A DNA stretch of 64,000 bases from positions 640,001 through 704,000 of the forward strand of contig CAXXVD010000002.1 of NCBI GenBank assembly GCA_963662335.2, in the 5' to 3' direction. The translations under genes and the position numbers were made by a program. The DNA is from Chloroflexota bacterium. Lineage in GTDB: Bacteria > Chloroflexota > UBA11872 > VXOZ01. The notes below the pieces were generated by a model. It ran no database searches. It was not told the origin of the DNA and saw only the letters and a list, made by a program, of their open reading frames with translations. Position 1 is the stretch's first letter. The number at the start of each line of letters is the position of its first letter. This document shows, piece by piece, positions 57,031 to 64,000 of this stretch.

Positions 57031-59469
57031 TTATTCGCTGCAGAACTCCAACTCTAGCTGGTCCAGGTCGCTGTACTGGACGTCTTGCAGCCCGACCGGT
57101 ATGCAGCCGGTGAACTGGTTGCCGCTCAGGTCCAACTTGCTCAGGGACGGTAGGTCGCCCAACGCGGCGGGGATGTCGCCGCTCAGTTGGTTTTCGCCCA
57201 GGTCCAGGGTCTGCAAGTTGGCCAGGTTGCCCAGTTCAGGCGGAATGCTGCCGGAAAGCTGGTTTTCGTCCAGGTCCAGCCACTCCAGGTTCGTCAGGTT
57301 GCCGAACTCGGCCGGGATGCTGCCGGTGAGCAGATTCTCGTTGAAGTCCATCTCCCGCAGCCGGATCAAGTTGCCCAGTTCCGGCGGCAGGCTGCCGGAG
57401 AATTGGTTCTCATCCATGTCCAACTCGCGCAGTTTGGCCAGATTGCCCAACGTCGCCGGCAGTTCGCCGGAGAGTTGGTTGTGGCGCATGTCCATTGACC
57501 GCAGGTTGGTCAGGTTGCCCAATTCCGGCGGCAGGCTGCCGGTCAATTGGTTGTTCCAGAGGCCGATGATCTGCAGGTTCTCCAGATTGCCCAACTCGAC
57601 CGGAATGCTGCCGGTCAACTGGTTATGGCCCAGGTCCAGCACGGTCAGGCGGGCCATGTCCCCAAGCTCCGCCGGAATTGCGCCGGACAGGTGGTTGTGG
57701 GAGAGGTCGATTTCGCTCAGGCTCGTGAGGCTGCCAAGCGCGGCGGGAATTGCGCCGCTTAGCCGGTTGTCGCTGAGGTCCAGCGTCTCCAGCTTGCCGG
57801 CTTTGCTCAACGCCGCCGGAATACTGCCGGTCAGTTGGTTGGACGCCAGCGAAATCACCTCCAGGTAGACGAGTTCGCCCAATTCCACCGGTATCTCGCC
57901 GCTCAGACGGTTGTGCGAAAGGTTGAACGTGCGCACGAAGGAGAAGTTGCTCAACTCAACCGGAATGGCGCCGGTCAGCCGGTTGTGGGAGAGGTTGAAG
58001 TACCGCAGGTGGACAAGCTTGCCCAGTTCCGGCGGAATCTCACCGCTCAGGCGGTTGCCGTCCAGGTACAGCCACGAGAGGTTCGGGATGTCGGCCAAGG
58101 CTGCCGGAATGGGGCCGGTCAACTGGTTGCCGGAAAGGCCCAGCGCCCAGAGGTTGACCAGATTGCCCAGTTCCGGCGGAATCTCGCCGGTCACGCCGGT
58201 GCCGGAGAGCCATAGCTCTTGGAGTTCGGTGAGATTGCCCAACTCCGGCGGTATCTCGCCGGTCAGGTGGTTATTGTCCAGGTCCAGTTCGCGCAGTTCG
58301 GTCAGGTTGCCCAGCACCGGCGGAATCTGGCCCGTAAGCCGGTTGTTCCAGAGCGACAACGTGCGCAACTTGGAGAGGGCGCTCAACTCCACCGGTATGG
58401 GGCCGGTCAGGCGGTTGAAGGCCAGGTGCAGCGTCGCCAGGTTGGAAAGGCCGCTCAACTCGGCCGGAATCTCGCCGGTCAGCTTGTTGAAGGAGAGCAC
58501 CAGCGAGCGCAACTCGGCAAGTTCACTCAACTCCACCGGTATGCCGCCGGTGAGTTTGTTGTAGGAAAGCGAGAGCGAACTCAGGCTCTCAAGGCCGCTC
58601 AACTCCACCGGAATCTCACCGCTCAAGTCGTTGCGTGAAAGCGATAGCGAACTGAGGTTGGCCAGGTTGCCCAACGCCGGCGGTATCGCGCCCGTCAACC
58701 GGTTTTGCGAGAGCGACAGGGATTGGAGATGGGCCAGGTCGCCCAACGCGGCGGGCAGTGTGCCGGCCAGGCCGTGTTCGGATAGGCTCAGTCCGGTCAC
58801 GCGCTGCAAGGAATTGAGACGCACGCCGTCCCACTCGCTGACATCGAGGTCGTCGGCCCAATTGAGCGCCGTGCCGTCGCCGACCAACTGGTCTCTCAGC
58901 TCCAAGAGCGTGGCGTGCTCATTCTCGGCGCAGTAGGGCAGGCCCAGGTCGGCCGCGTCGCCGTAGGAGACGGCGCTGAACTCATCCGGCAGGCAGCCGG
59001 TGAGTTGGTTGCCGCTTAGCGTAATCCAGTTCAGGTTGGCCAGGTTGCCCAACTCCAGCGGAATCTCGCCGGTCAGGTGGTTGCCGGAAAGCCAGAGCCG
59101 CTCCAGGCCGGCAAGGTCGCCCAAGGCCGCCGGTATCGTGCCGCGCAGATCGAGATTGCGGAGATCGATGCGGGTTACGCGCTTCGTCTCCGGGTCGATG
59201 GTGACGCCGAGCCACTCGGTAATGGGCGTGTCGGCATTCCAGTTGAGGTTCGCGCCGCCTTCGCCGCGCAGGGCGTCTCCGACCCCGCCGGCCAGAACCG
59301 CGCAATCTTCGGCGCTAACGTCTTCGGTGCACGGCGACTGGTAGGCGGCCGCCGTCAGCAAGAAGGCCCCGCCCAGGCAGAGCAACGCGACCCGCGTGCC
59401 CAACGACGCGTGTCGGGCAAGGAGTCTGAGGGCGTGTGCAGGATACGAAAGAAGCCGCTGCGACATCAT
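57031..59469 (-). CDS. Secreted plant-type leucine-rich repeat protein (about 27 repeats in two capped modules)
   Basis: TAAGGAGG RBS; 24-aa LxxLxLxxNxLxGxIPxELGxLxx repeats. Confidence 0.95.
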   Translation of the reverse strand: MMSQRLLSYPAHALRLLARHASLGTRVALLCLGGAFLLTAAAYQSPCTEDVSAEDCAVLAGGVGDALRGEGGANLNWNADTPITEWLGVTIDPETKRVTRIDLRNLDLRGTIPAALGDLAGLERLWLSGNHLTGEIPLELGNLANLNWITLSGNQLTGCLPDEFSAVSYGDAADLGLPYCAENEHATLLELRDQLVGDGTALNWADDLDVSEWDGVRLNSLQRVTGLSLSEHGLAGTLPAALGDLAHLQSLSLSQNRLTGAIPPALGNLANLSSLSLSRNDLSGEIPVELSGLESLSSLSLSYNKLTGGIPVELSELAELRSLVLSFNKLTGEIPAELSGLSNLATLHLAFNRLTGPIPVELSALSKLRTLSLWNNRLTGQIPPVLGNLTELRELDLDNNHLTGEIPPELGNLTELQELWLSGTGVTGEIPPELGNLVNLWALGLSGNQLTGPIPAALADIPNLSWLYLDGNRLSGEIPPELGKLVHLRYFNLSHNRLTGAIPVELSNFSFVRTFNLSHNRLSGEIPVELGELVYLEVISLASNQLTGSIPAALSKAGKLETLDLSDNRLSGAIPAALGSLTSLSEIDLSHNHLSGAIPAELGDMARLTVLDLGHNQLTGSIPVELGNLENLQIIGLWNNQLTGSLPPELGNLTNLRSMDMRHNQLSGELPATLGNLAKLRELDMDENQFSGSLPPELGNLIRLREMDFNENLLTGSIPAEFGNLTNLEWLDLDENQLSGSIPPELGNLANLQTLDLGENQLSGDIPAALGDLPSLSKLDLSGNQFTGCIPVGLQDVQYSDLDQLELEFCSE

Positions 59470-59552
59470 TGTCCTCCTTAGCGACTGATGGAGAATAACA
59501 CTTAAAGGGATGCGATACCGCCGGTTGCGCGCGCGCTCAGGCCGTTGGGGCG

Positions 59553-59954
59553 CTAGAAGCGGCGGCGCGTACGCCACGCGCGCTGGAGGCGCTCCATGAA
59601 ACCCGGCGCTTGGTCGGTCATCTGCCGGCCGCGCCACGTCTTCGCGGGCCGCTGCCGGTTGCCGCGAAAAGCGAGGAAGAGGGCCGCGCCGAGGCAGCCC
59701 GCGGCGGCAATGCCGAGCAGCGGGGCCGCCAGCGGAAACGTGAGGCGGAAGATGTTGCCCAGCACCAGCGCGGCGAGACCCAGCAGCAGCAACGTGCCGC
59801 TCGGGCCAAAGCGATCGAAAACGGCGTAGAAGGCGCGCCGCAGCGAGGGCGGCGTGCGGCGGGGCCGCTGCCGCTCTTCGGGCACGTAGACCTCAATGCC
59901 GTCGAGCAGCCGCCGCACCTCTTGCTCATCGCGTTTGGACATACGCTGCGGCAT
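59553..59954 (-). CDS. Small 2-TM membrane protein
   Basis: GAGGAG RBS; two hydrophobic helices; KTWRGR. Confidence 0.75.
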   Translation of the reverse strand: MPQRMSKRDEQEVRRLLDGIEVYVPEERQRPRRTPPSLRRAFYAVFDRFGPSGTLLLLGLAALVLGNIFRLTFPLAAPLLGIAAAGCLGAALFLAFRGNRQRPAKTWRGRQMTDQAPGFMERLQRAWRTRRRF

Positions 59955-60026
59955 TTTCGTTACTCCTCGGTACTGCTGCTCTCTCTATTATTCGCTAAGG
60001 CGGCGGCGGCGTCAATCGCGCGGCCG

Positions 60027-60281
60027 CTATTTTTGGGTCTGGCCGCGGATGATGCGCTCGGTGACGTACCAGACCGCCAACCAGATGACGCCGCCCACGC
60101 CGAGCACCAGGCCCAAGACCAGGGCGTTTTCCGACGACCAGCCAAAGATGAGGCGCGCGCCAAGCGCGAAGAGGTAGAACCACGCCGCGATCTTCAGGCT
60201 GCGCGAAAGCCGCGTGCGGAACTCCACCCAGAGCACCAGCGCCAGGCTGAGGGCCGTGAGAAGCCAGATGAGTTGGCGCAT
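60027..60281 (-). CDS. Small 3-TM membrane protein
   Basis: TGATG overlap with the upstream gene. Confidence 0.7.
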   Translation of the reverse strand: MRQLIWLLTALSLALVLWVEFRTRLSRSLKIAAWFYLFALGARLIFGWSSENALVLGLVLGVGGVIWLAVWYVTERIIRGQTQK

Positions 60282-61027
60282 CAGTCACTGTACCCCCGCA
60301 GCGTGTCGAACGGCCCGGCCGGATACGTGCCGCGCAACAGGCGCAACGTCTCCAAGCCTTTCTGCGTATCGCTGGCCAGGCGCTCCGGCAGCGAGGTAGC
60401 CACCCGCTGCTTGAAGAGCCAGTAGTGAAACTCTTTCCACTCGGTGAGCGTCATGACGCCGCTGCGGTCGCGTTCCCGCGCGGCGCTGAACTCCTGCAAG
60501 AGTTCGTGCTCGTTCCTGCCGTAGAGACGGGTGTAGGGGTTTTCCGGGTCGCGGGAGTCCCGCGTAACGCCATAGTTCGTGGCCTTGAGTATCTCGTCTT
60601 CCACCGCGTGCAGCAGCACCTCTTCCAGCGTTACGCCGTAGAAGTAGTTGAGGTACGCGCGGTACTTCTCCTCGCCCAGCAGGTGGGCGAAGTCTCTATC
60701 CGCATACGTGTAGGGCGGCCGGGCATAGAAGAAGAGCGCGTTGTATTCCGCCGGCGGCAGGAGATGCCGGCAGTCCCAGCACATGCGCTCCATGACGAGC
60801 AGCAGGTCGAGCGCTTCGCCGCCGATCAGGTAGCGAAAGTAGCGCCCGCCGTAACACTCTTCAGCCCGGCTCCAGAGATGGACCGCGCCCAACAGCGCGC
60901 GATACCAATGCTCGCCTTCCCCCAGCGCGGCGGCAAAGGCCCGCACGGCCGGGGTGTGGTCGGTGGCTAGGGCTGATTCGGGGTGCTGCTGCAGCACCTG
61001 CTGTTGCGGTGTGACGAGGGTCGGCAT
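60281..61027 (-). CDS. Conserved hypothetical protein
   Basis: Globular composition (YLIGGEALD, YLNYFYGVTLEE, YWLFKQR); start uncertain. Confidence 0.8.
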   Translation of the reverse strand: MPTLVTPQQQVLQQHPESALATDHTPAVRAFAAALGEGEHWYRALLGAVHLWSRAEECYGGRYFRYLIGGEALDLLLVMERMCWDCRHLLPPAEYNALFFYARPPYTYADRDFAHLLGEEKYRAYLNYFYGVTLEEVLLHAVEDEILKATNYGVTRDSRDPENPYTRLYGRNEHELLQEFSAARERDRSGVMTLTEWKEFHYWLFKQRVATSLPERLASDTQKGLETLRLLRGTYPAGPFDTLRGYSD

Positions 61028-61439
61028 GGCAACTACTCTCGTGCGCCGTGACGCGCGTTCCCACACGCCCATTATACTCACCACAGGGGGCGGATGCCTA
61101 CTGCGGACGTTTTAGGATGTCCAATCACTGGAGACCCCGTTTGTGCGGGACAGCCGGCAGTTGCGGGACTCCTTGCCACGATTTGCGACGATGGGGCGCG
61201 GCAAAGACCCTCCAGGGGAGCAGGTCTCCTTCTGTCATTCCGAGCGGAGCGAAGAATCTCAGGCCGCGCCGGGAAACCTCGTTCCACAAACGGAGGCGCT
61301 GAAAGGGCAACTTACGCCACGCAAGAGGCGACGGGCGAAACACCCTCTCGGTCGGTTTGGGACTGCTTTCCACATAAGAGACTTGGTATCATGGAGTGGA
61401 AAACGCTATAGTTGTGGACTGCATCACGAGTAGCGAGGA

Positions 61440-61745
61440 GTGGCGGCGTTCGTGCCGGTATATCGTCTGGACTACACCAATACGGAAAGCGCCCCGCAGC
61501 GAATCACGGTGAACGGCGATACGGTCGCGCACCGCATTCCCCCCGGCGGCAGGAAGTCGGTGCCGATGGAGGTCGACGACGCCGTCGTGATTTGGGAACT
61601 GACCGGCCAGGATGACGCGGCGCCGCAGTTTGTCGGCACGGTGATCGGGCAGTCCGGCGGCATCTTCCTGGAGTTGCGCCCCGCTGACGACCCGGCCGCC
61701 GAACCGCAGCGCATTCGCTTGCAGACCCGCCGCCGCTTGCTCTAG
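61440..61745 (+). CDS. Hypothetical protein
   Basis: Beta-rich ORF with host-like codon usage. Confidence 0.6.
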   Translation: MAAFVPVYRLDYTNTESAPQRITVNGDTVAHRIPPGGRKSVPMEVDDAVVIWELTGQDDAAPQFVGTVIGQSGGIFLELRPADDPAAEPQRIRLQTRRRLL

Positions 61746-61858
61746 CGCAGACAGACACGCCGCTTAGCAGGCGAGCCCGTCCGGCAACGCGCGCAGATTA
61801 CAGGACATCGTATGCCAAAGATACTATGGGCGCTTCGGCGAGTTTGCGCGGAGCAAAC

Positions 61859-62434
61859 TCAAGCCCCTGTTGCGGTAAGATGAAGAATCTCAAGACTGCT
61901 CGGTGAAGCGCCCGCTACGCGCTTGAAGTCGGAATCAGCAGTGACGAATGTCCCCGCGTGCGCCTCTGCCAGGGCGAGGTGAAGCGCGTCGTCCGGCGTA
62001 AGGTCGAGATCGCGCATGTAGCGGATTGCCGCCGCCGTCAATGGTGGCGTAAAGGTTGCGCTGACCGGTACCACGTCCACCTGATGCCCGGCTTCTCGCC
62101 AAACGTGGATTGCACGCGCGACGCCTTCGATCCAGTCGCCGTGCTTCTCGAAGGAAGCGCCTTTCCATTTACGAAATGTGCTTCTTGTGAAACGGGCGCC
62201 GTGCGGTTGCTCATCGAGCGTGGGGTAGGACTCCCGGAACATTCCCCACCAGGCTTCTTGCAATGAAATCATGGAAACCAAGATAGGCGCGCCAGTGATA
62301 AGCAACTCCCCGACCACATCCTTGCAACGCTTGTAGAGGTGGTGGCTACTTGCTACGTAGCCGACAAGCACATTGGCGTCCAAGTAGACGGGTGACTGAA
62401 ACGTGTAACCTGGTTGCCAGCGCGTGACGAGCAT
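61859..62434 (-). CDS. PIN domain (VapC-like) nuclease
   Basis: YLDANV, SLQE, PDDALHLA, FVTADSDF; acidic tetrad intact. Confidence 0.9.
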   Translation of the reverse strand: MLVTRWQPGYTFQSPVYLDANVLVGYVASSHHLYKRCKDVVGELLITGAPILVSMISLQEAWWGMFRESYPTLDEQPHGARFTRSTFRKWKGASFEKHGDWIEGVARAIHVWREAGHQVDVVPVSATFTPPLTAAAIRYMRDLDLTPDDALHLALAEAHAGTFVTADSDFKRVAGASPSSLEILHLTATGA

Positions 62435-62435
62435 T

Positions 62436-62810
62436 CTAGTAGTCCGGCGGTGTGGTCAATTCCACCACGTCGAGTTCAGGTGAACCGGGGACGACACCCA
62501 TGTACCGCACGAACGCCGTGAACAACTTGGGCGACATCCGCTGTCGATAGTAATCGAGGTCGAATTCACCGAACCGCCGCTGGTACTCTGACTTCTTCAC
62601 ATAGTAATCCGGGGCAACCTTGATCCACGGCTCACCCCCCGGTACATCCTGGGCAGACCCACTTTCCTGAATTGCACTGCCCGGCATTGCTCCATTCAGC
62701 CAGTCCGTGTCCTGGGATTTGGTAGCCTTGGCAGTAAAGAGGCTGTTTGAAGTCTCTCTTCGATAGGCCGGCGCCCTATCTATCTGCAAGACAGAGTCCG
62801 TTGACATCAC
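62436..62810 (-). CDS. Hypothetical protein with low-complexity N-terminal half (putative antitoxin)
   Basis: Overlaps the upstream stop; 1-nt gap to the PIN start. Confidence 0.75.
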   Translation of the reverse strand: MMSTDSVLQIDRAPAYRRETSNSLFTAKATKSQDTDWLNGAMPGSAIQESGSAQDVPGGEPWIKVAPDYYVKKSEYQRRFGEFDLDYYRQRMSPKLFTAFVRYMGVVPGSPELDVVELTTPPDY

Positions 62811-63484
62811 ACACCTGCTCTAACGCTAATGTCGGAGCGCACAAGTTGTACCGTAGATTCCGTCCATGCTTGCGCCTCTTCAAGCACACTCTGCAACTCT
62901 TGAGGACTAAAGTGCGTTTCGACGTTCCAACTGGAACTAAGGCCAAGAAAGAGAAAACTCCCTGGCAAGTCATCGAGAGACCAACGCAAGTACTTTTCCT
63001 GCAGTTGCCTGTGCGCCATTGGACCGAGTTCGACGTTCTTTACTCTGTGACCTTCGTCAATCTCAAGCCTAACTCCGATGTCTGTAGCTAGGCGCGCGAG
63101 TTCAGTAGGTTGCAGATAGGCTTCTCGAGTAAGCGTACGCAATTCATCGAAGGATAGTTCAAAGGGTTCTACATAGGCAGAGTTCATTTCAACCTTTTGC
63201 GCGACTGGCAAGTGAGAAACGGCATGAAATCTGGAGAACGTATCTAAGGCGTTCCGTATCGCAGCCTCGCTCGTAGCATTCCCTTCTTGCTCGAATGACA
63301 CCTCACGCATGTTGAGTCCTACGCGCTGCCGGCGATCTTCATGCTCGAAGTAGTGCGGTTCGCCCTTCAGTTCGAAGTTCTCGTCGGCGCTCGCTACACG
63401 AAATAAGTCGCGCACCTCCAACCAGGGATGCAACGCTTCCGCAAACTCCAACCGGATGATTGTCTTGACAAGTCTTGCGGCCAT
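62807..63484 (-). CDS. Hypothetical protein, TIGR04255-like pattern
   Basis: LVKTIIRLEF N-terminus and alternating beta/alpha pattern reminiscent of TIGR04255 (by eye); lower GC. Confidence 0.65.
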   Translation of the reverse strand: MAARLVKTIIRLEFAEALHPWLEVRDLFRVASADENFELKGEPHYFEHEDRRQRVGLNMREVSFEQEGNATSEAAIRNALDTFSRFHAVSHLPVAQKVEMNSAYVEPFELSFDELRTLTREAYLQPTELARLATDIGVRLEIDEGHRVKNVELGPMAHRQLQEKYLRWSLDDLPGSFLFLGLSSSWNVETHFSPQELQSVLEEAQAWTESTVQLVRSDISVRAGV

Positions 63485-63507
63485 TTCCCCGTCGCAATCG
63501 CCAACTC

Positions 63508-63537
63508 ATGATATTCAAGTGCGGCGCACTTGGGCAA
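63508..63537 (-). promoter_or_regulatory. TTGCCC-18-TATCAT promoter containing the palindrome CAAGTGCG-N-CGCACTTG
   Basis: Perfect inverted repeat at 63516-63532 between the -35 and -10 boxes. Confidence 0.6.
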
Positions 63538-63658
63538 TGCAAGCCTTAGGCCAACTATGTTAGTACGAAGTGGTCTGTAGGACAAGCGCGAGGCCGGACG
63601 AGGCCGAGCAACTTGCAGGCGGAAGCTGCGACGAACCTGGCGTGCTTCTCTCCAAGAA

Positions 63659-64000
63659 CTAGGATGTCGGCGTGGCTTGGGCCGAGTTGAGTTGCATCTG
63701 GATGGCGTTGTGGGTGTCGGTAGCGGCCTGGTGGGCGGTGGCTTGGCCGGTGAGGACGGGGAAGACGAGGGAGGCGAGGACGAGAAAGGCGAGCCATTCG
63801 GGCGCGTCGGCGTCGATGTACTGGCTCTGCTCCATACTCTCCACCAGCACGAGCGAGTCATTGACCGTAAGCGTCCGGTGGATAGTGCGCAACTCCTCCG
63901 CGCTGGTGCGCAGGGCCGGCAGGCTGAGGCTGCGGGACGCGGCTTGCGCCAGCGGGTAGAGCGCCTCGTAGGCGGCGTCCGGCCGGTTGCTTTCCTCCGC
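63659..64000 (-). CDS. C-terminal part of a protein entering from the right edge (function unclear)
   Basis: Open frame to the edge with host-like codon usage. Confidence 0.6.
   Translation of the reverse strand, partial: AEESNRPDAAYEALYPLAQAASRSLSLPALRTSAEELRTIHRTLTVNDSLVLVESMEQSQYIDADAPEWLAFLVLASLVFPVLTGQATAHQAATDTHNAIQMQLNSAQATPTS

Noticed and set aside
1-64000. Selenoprotein by UGA read-through, prompted by tRNA-Sec
   Set aside because: The TGA-terminated genes examined end at normal family lengths, and no Cys-aligned internal UGA was seen.

Overview
This is a GC-rich bacterial chromosomal window. Gene content suggests Chloroflexota and possibly a marine-invertebrate (sponge-type) symbiont; this is inferred from the plant-type LRR, DUF1640, C39-TPR and YfhO proteins. 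Housekeeping genes include dprA, HU, rrf2-sufCBD-fdx-sufSU, hisIE, secG, folP, mutS2, rsfS, nadD and three tRNAs (Sec, Met, Ile2). Three lower-GC accessory or defence islets are interspersed: (i) a type II RM pair at 5.5-7.2 kb; (ii) an integrase-free island at 38.1-46.0 kb next to tRNA-Met, carrying a decayed vapBC, a single-chain type IIG/ISP-like RM enzyme, an unknown 2-gene cassette, a TIR protein and a PIN pair; (iii) a TIGR04255-like / small protein / PIN three-gene operon at 61.9-63.5 kb. The most notable signals are as follows. Degenerate copies of gene 3' ends are left inside the island (the RM C-terminus recurs directly before the TIR gene), which suggests cassette turnover by recombination at a conserved anchor gene. 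G/C strand skew is polarised at island flanks. There is a candidate new tripartite PIN system with its own operator palindrome. At least five REP-like palindrome families occur, one inserted in frame inside the RM gene, and a ~160-bp REP-carrying MITE-like element has IS4-like ends. All calls were made by eye; no database search was run.
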